Made by a program: the position numbers and the translations under genes. From an uncultured Chloroflexia bacterium (GTDB lineage Bacteria; Chloroflexota; Limnocylindria; Limnocylindrales; CSP1-4), in the NCBI GenBank assembly GCA_963707215.1, contig CAVPPB010000003.1, forward strand, positions 1,472,001-1,536,000: 64,000 nt of DNA, read 5' to 3'. This document shows, one piece after another, positions 47,651 through 56,562 of this stretch. The notes beneath the pieces are model-generated. The model ran no database searches. It had not been told where the DNA came from and saw nothing but the letters and a program-made list of their open reading frames with translations. Position 1 is the first letter of the stretch. Every line of letters begins with the position of its first letter.

Positions 47651-48493
47651 GTGAGCAGCTGGGCGCGGCCGGAGATCCTCGCCTCGACGGACTGGCTGGC
47701 CGACCAGCTCGAGCGCCCGGACGTCCAGGTGCTCGACGTTCGCTGGCGTCCCGACGGGACCGGCGACCAGGTGCACGCAGGGGGCCACGTCCCGGGCGCG
47801 ATCCACCTCGACTGGGCCACCGCCCTGGCCGAGTCGACCGATGAGACGGGCATCCTCCGGCTCGCAGGCCCGGAGCTCGTGGCGGGGGCGCTGAGCCAGG
47901 CCGGGATCGGCGATGGCGCGAGCGTGGTCGTCTACGACGACACTGCCAGCCTCTTCGCCGCACGGACCTGGTGGAGCCTGCGCGCCTACGGGCTCGACTC
48001 GTGCCGGATCCTCGACGGGGGGTTCGCCGCCTGGTCGTCCGAGGAGCGCCCGGTGTCACGCGCACGGGTCCAGCCGGAGCCGACCATCTTCACGCCACGG
48101 GCCCAATCGCGACTGCGCCTGACGACCGCCGACGTCCGTTCTCTCCTCGGCTCAGCCGAGGCGACCATCGTCGATGCCCGGTCGCCGAGCGAGCATCGCG
48201 GGCTCGAGGGGGACAGCCGACGGCTCGGTCGGATCCCCGGGTCGCACAGCGTCCCGGCGGCGGCCACGACGCGGCCCGGTGACCAGCGCTTCCGCGATGC
48301 CGACGGATTGCGGGCGCTGCTACGGGGAGCGGACGTGGGGCGCGACCGCCGGTTCGTCTGCTACGACGCTGCCGGCATCGGCGCGGCCAAGGTCGCCTTC
48401 GTCCTCATGCTCCTCGGGTACGACGACGTGGCGGTCTACGACGGGGGGTGGGCCGAGTGGGGCGACCGGCTGGACCTGCCGGTCGAGCGCTGA
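47651..48493 (+). CDS. Tandem-domain rhodanese/sulfurtransferase-like protein (catalytic Cys position is Asp)
   Basis: STDWLA, GHVPGA, VVYDD, LDGGF, DARS, GRIPG, FVCYDAAGIGA, YDGGWAEW. Confidence 0.88.
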   Translation: MSSWARPEILASTDWLADQLERPDVQVLDVRWRPDGTGDQVHAGGHVPGAIHLDWATALAESTDETGILRLAGPELVAGALSQAGIGDGASVVVYDDTASLFAARTWWSLRAYGLDSCRILDGGFAAWSSEERPVSRARVQPEPTIFTPRAQSRLRLTTADVRSLLGSAEATIVDARSPSEHRGLEGDSRRLGRIPGSHSVPAAATTRPGDQRFRDADGLRALLRGADVGRDRRFVCYDAAGIGAAKVAFVLMLLGYDDVAVYDGGWAEWGDRLDLPVER

Positions 48494-48526
48494 GGTCCAA
48501 GCGATCCCCGAAGGATCGCCGGTCGA

Positions 48527-49165
48527 TCAGGATCCGGCGTCGTCGCCCGGGCGGGCGGCTCGAGCCGGGTCGCTCCCGGGCTCGTCGTCGCCCGGACCGT
48601 CGGCGGCCCGGCCGCCGGGCGCGTTCTGGGCGCCCTCGTCGAGACCCGCCCACGGATCGACCTCGGTGTGCGGCGCCAGGATGTGCGCTCGCTCGCGATT
48701 GACCGAGACGACCGTCACGGTCGTCCGCGGCTCGCCGACCCGCTCCGACCAGTAGGTCGCGTCGGTGATCGGGATGAACCGCTCGGTGAGCTCCAGCAGG
48801 GCATCGCGCAGGTTGCGCTCCGGCAGAAGGTGGATCCGACCGGTCACCCGGAACGGCGGCACGGTGACGAGGGCTCGCTCCTGGACCTTGGGGGTCCGCA
48901 GCTCGGGTGTCGCCTCGACAGGGACGTCGGACACGGCGAAGAGGACAGCCGAGAGGTTGACCTGGGCGAAGTCGGCCCGGTCGATCTCCCCGCGACCGCC
49001 GAACTCCTCGAAGACCGCCCCCTCCACGACGAGGAAGTCATCCTCGGCCCGGTTCAGCACGTCGGTGATCCGGTGCTGGCGGGTCCGGACGTGCCCGCGG
49101 ATCACGAAGGTGTCCGTATAGAGCGTCAGCGGGGCGGATTGCTCGGCGGCCATGTCCATGTACAT
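48527..49165 (-). CDS. Conserved hypothetical protein with internal duplication (DUF6812-like)
   Basis: VIRGHV..RITDVLN..FLVV repeated as RVTGRIH..LRDAL..FIPITDA. Confidence 0.7.
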   Translation of the reverse strand: MYMDMAAEQSAPLTLYTDTFVIRGHVRTRQHRITDVLNRAEDDFLVVEGAVFEEFGGRGEIDRADFAQVNLSAVLFAVSDVPVEATPELRTPKVQERALVTVPPFRVTGRIHLLPERNLRDALLELTERFIPITDATYWSERVGEPRTTVTVVSVNRERAHILAPHTEVDPWAGLDEGAQNAPGGRAADGPGDDEPGSDPARAARPGDDAGS

Positions 49166-49283
49166 GCTCCGAGGATAGCGGCCAAGCGGCCGCCGGTCAC
49201 CGCTCCGGACCTCCCGCCACCGCCCGATCCCGGGGACCGACGGCCCGGCGGCCGACGGCCAGGCGCCACGACGCGCCCCGGGT

Positions 49284-50978
49284 TCAGCGCCGGGCGGAAG
49301 CGGTGACGAGATGCTCGGCGCCCGCCTGGAGGCCCTCGTGGACGGTCGCCACCGTGGCCAGGGTGTCGATCTCGGCAGGGGTCTTGTCGGGCCGCAGCCG
49401 AGCGATCCGGGGAAAGCGCAGCGCATAGCCGCTGCGATGGCGTCGCGACCGCATGATCACGTCGAAGGCCACCTCGACGACGACGGTCGGCTCGACGACC
49501 CGGTAGCGCCCGTGCCGGGAGACCGTGTGCTCCTCGAACCAGCGCGTCATCTCGGCCAGCTCCGCGTCGCTGAGCCCGCTGTAGGCCTTGCCGATCGTGA
49601 CCAGCCCCCCGGTGGCCTCGTCGCGGACGGCGAAGGTGTAGTCGGACAGGACCCCGTGCCGCTTGCCGTGCCCGACCTCGACGCCGACGACGACACAGTC
49701 GATGGTCGCCAGGGCCCTCTTGAGCTTCAACCAGCCCTGGCCTCGTCGCCCCGGGGTGTAGCGGCTCCCGGGATCCTTCACCATCAGGCCCTCGTTACGG
49801 CGTTCACGGGCTGCCGCGAAGGCTGCCTCGAGTCCCTCGACCCCCGAGACGCGCCCGAGGTACGAGAGGGCGAACCGGCCGCTCTCGTCGGCAAGCGGAA
49901 GGACGAGCACCTCCAGCCGGGCCCGCCGCTCGCGAAGCGGGAGATCCAGCAGTGGCTCGGCCTGGCCGTCTCGCGGCCCCAGGGCCAGGAGATCCCAGGC
50001 CACGAAGATGACCGGCACCCGCTCACGGATGGCGGCCGACGGCGCCTTGCGGCCGAGTCGAGCCTGGAGCGCGAGGAACGGCAGGACGGTGCCGTCTCGG
50101 TAGGCCAGGAGCTCGCCGTCGAGGACCCCGTCCCAGGGCAGGTCGCTGGCGTCGTCGGCCACCTCGGGGAACTGGCCGGTGACGTCGTGGAGGTCCCTCG
50201 AGTAGAGCGCGACCCGGTCACCGGCCCGGTGGAGCTGAGCCCGGATGCCGTCGTACTTGTCCTCGACCCAGACCTCCTCGCCGAGACGCGCGACGATGGC
50301 CGCCGCGTCCTCGGCCGGCGACGCGAGCATCGGTTTGAGCGGGCGGAAGAGCGTCAGCCGGGCAGCGTGGAGACGGTCCTCCCGGGCCAGGGCGGCGGTG
50401 CGGCCGACCTCGCCGGACAGCTGGGTGGCCCGCTTGACGGCATCGAGCGGGCGATCGAAGGCCCGGGCGATGGCCGCCTCGAGCAGGCCCTCTCGAAGGC
50501 CGATGCGAAGGTCGCCGCCGAGGATCATGACCACGCCCCGGGCGGTCGTCGGATCGCATCTGGAAAGCAGCCCGGCCAGGAGGTCGACCTTGGGAGCCGC
50601 GCCGGACGCCTGCTCGACCACCGACAGGGCGCGGTCCACCTCGACCAACGTCGGCGAGACCGCGGGATCCGGATCGTGACCGACTCCGACCAGGAGGTCC
50701 TCGGCGGCCAGGCCGACGTCCGAGTAGCGATCGTAGGCCTCGCGGAGCGCCTCGGGCGGGCGGGCGGCAACCGCGCTGATCGCCGCCGCCAGGCCGGCCC
50801 AGCCGAGCCCGATCGAGCGCGGGTCGCTCTCGGCGAACGGGCGCCCCGAGAAGTAGGTACAGGCGATCGGCAGCTCGAGCTCGTCGAGCTCGCGAAGGTA
50901 GGCGGCCAGGATCGCTGTCTTCTCCGAGGTGCGGGTCGTCGCGGCTACCTGCCCGGCGACCTCGGTCCAGCGTCGCAT
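49284..50978 (-). CDS. ligB: ATP-dependent DNA ligase
   Basis: EDKYDGIRAQ, LDGEL, EGLMVK, WLKLK, ALRFPRI.RLRPDK. Confidence 0.95.
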   Translation of the reverse strand: MRRWTEVAGQVAATTRTSEKTAILAAYLRELDELELPIACTYFSGRPFAESDPRSIGLGWAGLAAAISAVAARPPEALREAYDRYSDVGLAAEDLLVGVGHDPDPAVSPTLVEVDRALSVVEQASGAAPKVDLLAGLLSRCDPTTARGVVMILGGDLRIGLREGLLEAAIARAFDRPLDAVKRATQLSGEVGRTAALAREDRLHAARLTLFRPLKPMLASPAEDAAAIVARLGEEVWVEDKYDGIRAQLHRAGDRVALYSRDLHDVTGQFPEVADDASDLPWDGVLDGELLAYRDGTVLPFLALQARLGRKAPSAAIRERVPVIFVAWDLLALGPRDGQAEPLLDLPLRERRARLEVLVLPLADESGRFALSYLGRVSGVEGLEAAFAAARERRNEGLMVKDPGSRYTPGRRGQGWLKLKRALATIDCVVVGVEVGHGKRHGVLSDYTFAVRDEATGGLVTIGKAYSGLSDAELAEMTRWFEEHTVSRHGRYRVVEPTVVVEVAFDVIMRSRRHRSGYALRFPRIARLRPDKTPAEIDTLATVATVHEGLQAGAEHLVTASARR

Positions 50979-51008
50979 CGTGGCGGGGATGGTATACGCT
51001 CCCGGGGC

Positions 51009-51755
51009 ATGCTCCCGCGCGGCTGGCTTCCCGATCAGCTCGTCGGCCGGACGGTCGTTCTCCGGCCCCACGCGCCGGAGAACCTCGCCGCCTTCCGACG
51101 CTGGTACGCGGACCCCGAGATCTCACGCCTGACCCGCTACCAGGACGGTCCGATGCGGCGGGACGAGATCGACCGCTTCTTCCAGGTGCGCGCCGTCGGC
51201 ACGCAGTCGCTGGCGATGGCGATCCACCTCCGGGGCAGCGGCCGGCTCATCGGCTCGTGCGCCTTCAGTGCCCTCGACCCCGACAACGGCGCGGCGATGT
51301 TCCACATCACGATCGGGGAGAAGGACTGCTGGGGCAGGGGCCACGGCACCGAGGCGACCGAGCTGATGCTCGACCATGCTTTCGGAACGCTGGAGCTCCA
51401 TCGCGTCGCCCTGGCGGTCTTCGCCTTCAACGAGCGGGCGATCCGCTCGTACCGCAGGGTCGGCTTCGTGATCGAGGGTCGATCACGCCAGGCCATCTTC
51501 CGGGACGGACGGTTCTGGGACGAGCTCCACATGAGCGTGCTGTCGGACGAGTGGCGGACCCGGCGCGACCGCTCGACCGGCGCCGTCCCGACCGAGGCGA
51601 GCACCGGTTCCGCGGTGACCGCCGGAGCGGCGGCGGGCGGCGACGGCGTGAGCTCCGGTGCCCCGCAAGCGGCCGTCCCAAGCCCCCAGGCCGGCGCCGC
51701 CCAGGACGACGAGGGCCCGGACCGCGGCGTCCTTGGGCGGCTGGGGTTGCGCTGA
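51009..51755 (+). CDS. GNAT N-acetyltransferase (RimJ/RimL-like)
   Basis: IGEKDCWGRGHGTEA, LHRVAL.VFAFNERAIRSYRRVGF.EG. Confidence 0.9.
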   Translation: MLPRGWLPDQLVGRTVVLRPHAPENLAAFRRWYADPEISRLTRYQDGPMRRDEIDRFFQVRAVGTQSLAMAIHLRGSGRLIGSCAFSALDPDNGAAMFHITIGEKDCWGRGHGTEATELMLDHAFGTLELHRVALAVFAFNERAIRSYRRVGFVIEGRSRQAIFRDGRFWDELHMSVLSDEWRTRRDRSTGAVPTEASTGSAVTAGAAAGGDGVSSGAPQAAVPSPQAGAAQDDEGPDRGVLGRLGLR

Positions 51756-51757
51756 CC

Positions 51758-52036
51758 ATGCCTGCCGGCGGACCGGAGGCGGAGGCCGCTCGGGCCGCCT
51801 TCCGCGAGCGGATCTCGGCCCCTGGCCACGCCGTCCAGAATGCCCGACTCGCCGTCGACGGCCTCGAGGCCGCCTTCGCCGCCGGCGTGCTCGAGCGGAC
51901 CGCGACCCTCGGGCTGATGCTCGGCGACCTTGAGCGGGCGCTCGAGCAGGACGAGGGGCAGCGACTCGGCGGCAAGAGCGCCGAGGCGGCCCGCTTCATC
52001 CTCCGGGCCATCGACCGGGAGCTCGATCGGACCTGA
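51758..52036 (+). CDS. Small helical hypothetical protein
   Basis: ATG 2 nt after the GNAT stop; coding-like; LGGKSAEAARFILRAI. Confidence 0.7.
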   Translation: MPAGGPEAEAARAAFRERISAPGHAVQNARLAVDGLEAAFAAGVLERTATLGLMLGDLERALEQDEGQRLGGKSAEAARFILRAIDRELDRT

Positions 52037-52062
52037 CGACCGCAGATGGGGCCGACCCGAGC

Positions 52063-52102
52063 CGACAGGCACCTCCCGGAAGACTCACAGGAAACTGTAA
52101 GG
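52063..52102 (+). promoter_or_regulatory. 11-bp phased direct repeats (OmpR-type box) upstream of the response regulator
   Basis: CGACAGG 52063, TCCCGGA 52074, TCACAGG 52085, TGTAAGG 52096. Confidence 0.6.
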
Positions 52103-52171
52103 TTCGGGCGCTGGAATGAGGACCGGCGGACCCATCTCGAACGACCGAACGGTCCGCCCGGAGGTGCATAC

Positions 52172-52885
52172 ATGGTGGGAGCCCCGGCGACCCCGCTGGC
52201 CCACGTCCTCGTCGTCGACGACGAGCCATCGATCACCGATCTGCTCGGGACGGCGCTCCGCTATATGGGCTACCGCGTCACCACGGCCCGCAATGGCTTC
52301 GAGGCGCTGGAGGCAGCCGGCACGGTCTCGCCCGACGTCATGGTCCTCGACGTCATGCTCCCCGACCTCGATGGCTTCGAGGTCTGCCGGAGGCTGCGCG
52401 AGGCGCACGACTTCGTCCCGGTCATCTTCCTGACCGCCCGCGACGCGCAGGACGACCGGGTCACCGGGTTCGTCCGAGGTGGGGACGACTACGTGACCAA
52501 GCCCTTCTCCCTGGAGGAGCTGACGCTGCGGATCGGCGCCCTCCTCCGGCGGACCCGGGCCGGCGACGACGGGGCGACGTCGCGGCTTCGCTACCGCGAC
52601 CTGGAGATGGACGAGGACCGCCACCAGGTCTGGCGGGCGGGCGAGGAGGTCCAGCTCTCGCCGACCGAGTTCCGGCTCCTCCGCTACCTCCTCCTGAACC
52701 CGGAGCGGGTCCTCTCGAAGCAGCAGATCCTCGACCACGTCTGGCAGTACGACTTCAACGGCGAGGAGAACGTCGTCGAGACCTACGTCAGCTACCTCCG
52801 CAAGAAGATCGACCGAGTCGAGCCGAAGCTGCTCCAGACCGTCCGCGGCTTCGGCTACACCATCCGGGCCAGCGACGGGCGATGA
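52172..52885 (+). CDS. OmpR/PhoB family response regulator
   Basis: VVDDEP, LDVMLPD, DDYVTKPF, LSPTEF, VETYVSYLRKK, TVRGFGY. Confidence 0.96.
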   Translation: MVGAPATPLAHVLVVDDEPSITDLLGTALRYMGYRVTTARNGFEALEAAGTVSPDVMVLDVMLPDLDGFEVCRRLREAHDFVPVIFLTARDAQDDRVTGFVRGGDDYVTKPFSLEELTLRIGALLRRTRAGDDGATSRLRYRDLEMDEDRHQVWRAGEEVQLSPTEFRLLRYLLLNPERVLSKQQILDHVWQYDFNGEENVVETYVSYLRKKIDRVEPKLLQTVRGFGYTIRASDGR

Positions 52886-54387
52886 CCCTCCGGGCGCGGC
52901 TCCTGCTCACCGTCGCGGGGCTCCTGGCGGTCGCCCTCGTCGTGACCGGGTTGCTGATCGCCGGGCTGACCCGGGCCAGCCTGGTGGCCCAGGTCGACGA
53001 CCAGCTGCGCCGGACCGCGACCGGCGGGCGGCTCGAGCGGATCCTCGAGCTCGACCCCGGCGACCAGCTCCTGGGCCGGTCGAGCGCCTGGCTCATCCTC
53101 GGCCCCGGCGGGGCGATCCTCGCCTCGGCGCCGTCCGGACCCGCCACGGCGCCCGACCCGCTGCCCGAGGTCCCCGCCGACGCGACCGGCCCGGCGAGCC
53201 TGCCCCCCGGGACGATCGTGGACGCGTCGTCCAGGGATGGTTCGGTCGACTATCGGATGCTCGTCGCACGCGGACCGCGAGACACCACGCTGCTGCTGGC
53301 CTCGCCACTGTCCGACGTCCAGGCGGCCACGGCCGCCCTCGTCCGCAACCTCTTCCTCGTCGGGCTGCTGGTCCTGGCCGTCGGACTGGCCATCGGTTGG
53401 GTGCTCATCCGTCGAGACCTGCGACCCCTCGACACGATCGCCGCGACCGCTTCGAGGATCGCCGGCGGCGACCTGTCCCAGCGGGTCGACGCGGCCGACC
53501 CGAGGACCGAAGTGGGGCAGGTAGGCGTAGCCTTCAACACGATGCTCGACGCGATCGAGACAGCCTTCGGTGAGCAGCAGGCTGCCCTCGAGGCGAAGGA
53601 GCGCAGCGAGGCGAAGCTGCGCCGTTTCGTGGCTGACGCCTCGCACGAACTGCGGACGCCGCTCACCACGGTCCGCGGCTACGCCGAGCTGTACGGCGCC
53701 GGCGGCCTGGAGGACCGCGACGAGCTCGATCGGGCGATGCGCCGGATCGACACCGAGAGTCGCCGGATGGCCGCGTTGACCGAGGATCTCCTGCTCCTGG
53801 CCCGCCTCGACCAGGGGCGCCCGCTGGCCCTCGAGCCGGTCGACCTGAGCCGCCTGGCGAGCGAGGCGGTGACCGACCTCGCAGCCACGGACCCGGACCG
53901 GCCGACCACGGCCTCGATCGAGGCTGGGGTCTCCGTCCTGGGCGACGAGGATCGATTGCGTCAGGTCATCGGCAACCTGCTGGTGAACGTGCGGGTCCAC
54001 ACGCCGCCTCGGACGCCGGTCGAGGTCGAGCTCCGGTCGACCGACGGCGTCTCGACCCTGGCGATCGTGGACCATGGACCGGGCATCGAAGACGTCCACG
54101 CAGGACGGATCTTCGACCGCTTCTTCCGGGCCGACCCGGCGCGCTCCCGGGACAAGGGCGGCAGTGGGCTGGGGCTGGCGATCGCGTCGTCGGTGCTGGC
54201 GGTCCAGGGCGGCACCATCACCCACCGGCCGACACCCGGCGGAGGCGCCACCTTCGAGGTGACCCTGCCGGTGGCAGCTCCCGCCCCGGCGCATCGCTCG
54301 GAGCCGGATCCGGCATCGGCCGAGGCGGGCTCGGCCCAGCGGCGCGATGCCGGTGACGAGCCGACCCACGACGTCGAGCCAGCCTGA
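52882..54387 (+). CDS. HAMP sensor histidine kinase
   Basis: Two TM, HAMP, FVADASHELRTPL, NLLVN, DHGPG, GSGLGLAI. Confidence 0.96.
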   Translation: MTLRARLLLTVAGLLAVALVVTGLLIAGLTRASLVAQVDDQLRRTATGGRLERILELDPGDQLLGRSSAWLILGPGGAILASAPSGPATAPDPLPEVPADATGPASLPPGTIVDASSRDGSVDYRMLVARGPRDTTLLLASPLSDVQAATAALVRNLFLVGLLVLAVGLAIGWVLIRRDLRPLDTIAATASRIAGGDLSQRVDAADPRTEVGQVGVAFNTMLDAIETAFGEQQAALEAKERSEAKLRRFVADASHELRTPLTTVRGYAELYGAGGLEDRDELDRAMRRIDTESRRMAALTEDLLLLARLDQGRPLALEPVDLSRLASEAVTDLAATDPDRPTTASIEAGVSVLGDEDRLRQVIGNLLVNVRVHTPPRTPVEVELRSTDGVSTLAIVDHGPGIEDVHAGRIFDRFFRADPARSRDKGGSGLGLAIASSVLAVQGGTITHRPTPGGGATFEVTLPVAAPAPAHRSEPDPASAEAGSAQRRDAGDEPTHDVEPA

Positions 54388-54448
54388 TCCGGCCCGGGAC
54401 CGCTGTGGCTGGGACGGCCCGGCGGCGACCCCAGGGCGACCGGCGAGT

Positions 54449-54489
54449 TCCCAGCCCGGTCCCAGCCGAGGCTCCGCCCGATCCCAGCC
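54449..54489 (+). promoter_or_regulatory. 11-bp phased TCCCAGCC repeats
   Basis: TCCCAGCC at 54449, 54460 and 54482. Confidence 0.65.
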
Positions 54490-54583
54490 CCGGGTCCTAC
54501 GGTCAGGGCCAGGTCGCACCCCGAAGGTGCGACCGAGGATCGTGCCGACGGACGGCGCGACCGGCTCACGACAAGGAGAACAG

Positions 54584-55069
54584 ATGCGCAAGACCATCGT
54601 CGTCATCGGGGCCGCGGCCCTGATGCTCGTAGGTGCCTCGACCGTCCTGGCGGCCCCGGCCGCGACGAACGGCCTCGGGGTGGTCACCGCCACGATCGGC
54701 GGTGCCGGTGACGTCCTCTCCGACGTGCTCGACGAGCTCGTCGGGGCAGGGACGATCGACCAGACCCAGGCCGACGCGATCGAGCAGGCGGTCGAGGACA
54801 AGCGGGCCGAGCTGCAGGCCGAGCGCCAGGCCCTCCGCGAGCAGATGGAGGCCTTCCTCGAGGACGGCGTGCTGTCCGCCGAGGAGCTCGCCCAGCTGCC
54901 CGCCGACCATCCCCTCCGGAACCTCGATCAGTTCCTCGAGGACGGCCAGCTGACGACCGAGGAGCTCCAGCAGCTCCGGGGCGTCGGCGGCTTCGGCCAC
55001 CGCGGCCATGGCCACGGCCCGATGCCCGAGTCGGACGACTCCGACAGCTCGAGCGGCACGGAGTCCTGA
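54584..55069 (+). CDS. Secreted acidic helical protein with His/Gly-rich tail (paralog 1)
   Basis: Signal peptide; LDELVGAGTIDQTQADAI; EDGVLSAEEL, DHPLR, EDGQLTTEEL; GHRGHGHG. Confidence 0.8.
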   Translation: MRKTIVVIGAAALMLVGASTVLAAPAATNGLGVVTATIGGAGDVLSDVLDELVGAGTIDQTQADAIEQAVEDKRAELQAERQALREQMEAFLEDGVLSAEELAQLPADHPLRNLDQFLEDGQLTTEELQQLRGVGGFGHRGHGHGPMPESDDSDSSSGTES

Positions 55070-55099
55070 CCCCCTGCCACGTCCCCTCCTCCTCTCTCG

Positions 55100-55135
55100 C
55101 CCGGACGCCGGCGGTCACTCCCGCCGGCGTCCGGG
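55100..55135 (+). terminator. Strong hairpin after paralog 1
   Basis: CCCGGACGCCGGCGG-TCACTC-CCGCCGGCGTCCGGG. Confidence 0.65.
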
Positions 55136-55160
55136 TTCCCGCCACGGGTGGTTCGGTCAC

Positions 55161-55201
55161 TCCCAGCCGATTCACAGGCGGACCCCGGGTGGATCACAGG
55201 A
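55161..55201 (+). promoter_or_regulatory. 11-bp phased TC(C/A)CAG repeats
   Basis: TCCCAGC 55161, TCACAGG 55172, CCCCGGG 55183, TCACAGG 55194. Confidence 0.65.
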
Positions 55202-55289
55202 CGTCCCGCTAGCGTGCCGCGATGGGCAGGTGCGAGCCTGCTCGTCGCGCGAGCCATCCGATCTCGGCGCGCCACATGGAGGAGTCTCG

Positions 55290-55838
55290 ATGCGGAGAGC
55301 CGTCGTCATCGTCGCCGTCGCAGCCATCGTCCTGGTCGGGGCCGCCACGGTCCTCGCCGCGCCGGCCGGCCCGGGTGGTCGCTCGATCGTCGTCGCCGCT
55401 TTCGACGGGGTCGGCTCGATCCTCTCCGATGCCCTCGACGAGCTGGTCGCCGACGAGACCATCACCCAGGAGCAGGCCGACGCGGTGCAGGAGCGGGTGA
55501 AGGAGAAGGCCGAGGAGCGCCGCGACGCCTGGCAGGCCGAGCGCGAGCAGCGACGAGCGGACATGGAGGCGCAGCGCGAGGCCTGGAAGGAGGCCCTCGA
55601 GGACGGCAGGATCTCCAGGGAGGAGCTCGACGCGCTCGTGCCCGAGGATCACCCGCTCCGCCAGCTCGACGAGTTCCTTGACGACGGCGAGCTCTCGGCC
55701 GACGAGCTCGAGGCGCTCCGCGGCTTCCGGCTCTTCGGCCCGCTCGGGGGTCGCGGCGGCTTCCATGGCCACGGGCTCCACGACCATGGCTCGCCGGAAG
55801 CGCCACCCAGTCCCAGCCCGAGCGGCACGGACTCCTGA
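55290..55838 (+). CDS. Secreted acidic helical protein with His/Gly-rich tail (paralog 2)
   Basis: Signal peptide; LDELVADETITQEQADAV; EDGRISREEL, DHPLR, DDGELSADEL; FHGHGLHDHG. Confidence 0.8.
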   Translation: MRRAVVIVAVAAIVLVGAATVLAAPAGPGGRSIVVAAFDGVGSILSDALDELVADETITQEQADAVQERVKEKAEERRDAWQAEREQRRADMEAQREAWKEALEDGRISREELDALVPEDHPLRQLDEFLDDGELSADELEALRGFRLFGPLGGRGGFHGHGLHDHGSPEAPPSPSPSGTDS

Positions 55839-55866
55839 GGGACGACAGCGACCCTCGCTCATAGCC

Positions 55867-55895
55867 CGACGCCGGCGGATGGCCCGCCGGCGTCG
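55867..55895. terminator. Hairpin between convergent genes
   Basis: CGACGCCGGCGG-ATGGC-CCGCCGGCGTCG; same stem core as the 55100 hairpin. Confidence 0.6.
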
Positions 55896-55934
55896 TCGTG
55901 TCGGGTGGGGTCGGCGGCCGGCCGCCGACCGGGA

Positions 55935-56369
55935 TCAGGCCGGCGCCTCGGTCGCGTCGCGGCCGTCGAAGCCGTCGACGAGCGCTCGGTCGCCGAGCGG
56001 CTCGCTCAGCTCGATCTCGATCGGGAACTCGGGATTGCCCTGGCAGTCCTGGTCGCCCTCGCGCCGGCCGACCTCGAAGGTGATGACGACCTCGGCCTCG
56101 CCGTACTCGATCACCGGCGGCAGGACACGACCCTCGGGCGACTGGCCGCTGGCGCAGTCGCGCTCCCTCAGCACGGCCCTGATGACGGTCGAGGAGGGAT
56201 CGAGGGGCAGGGCGTCCGGGTCGACCCACCACTGGGCCGGGCCGGCCTCGGCCGGGGCGCTCGGTGTAGGCGACGCCGACGGCTGCGGGGACGGCGTGGC
56301 GCCGCCGGTGGTGCAGGCGGCGACGAGGAGCGCCAGCAGGGCGGTCGCCGCGAGGGCTGGCCGGGACAT
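55935..56369 (-). CDS. Hypothetical lipoprotein
   Basis: Lipobox VAAC; ERDCASG...DCQGNP..ELSEPLGDRALVDG; GGAGG RBS. Confidence 0.8.
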   Translation of the reverse strand: MSRPALAATALLALLVAACTTGGATPSPQPSASPTPSAPAEAGPAQWWVDPDALPLDPSSTVIRAVLRERDCASGQSPEGRVLPPVIEYGEAEVVITFEVGRREGDQDCQGNPEFPIEIELSEPLGDRALVDGFDGRDATEAPA

Positions 56370-56482
56370 GACAGGACCTCCGGATGGGGCGGCGAGTGGC
56401 CGAGGTGCTCGGGCCCGACCCCGCCCTGACGCGGGCGCCCCGTGGCCGGTTCCCCGGTCTGCTTCGGGACCTCGCCGCCCGT

Positions 56483-56511
56483 TCCCATGGATCCCACAGC
56501 CTCCTCCAAGG
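56483..56511 (+). promoter_or_regulatory. 11-bp phased repeats upstream of htrA
   Basis: TCCCATG 56483, CCACAGC 56494, TCCAAGG 56505. Confidence 0.55.
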
Positions 56512-56562
56512 CGGTCGACCGAGATTCGGGGCGTCGAGCACGCACGACCCCCTGGAGACGCC

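Noticed and set aside
48350-48385. Selenocysteine at the rhodanese active site
   Set aside because: The codon is GAC (Asp), not TGA.
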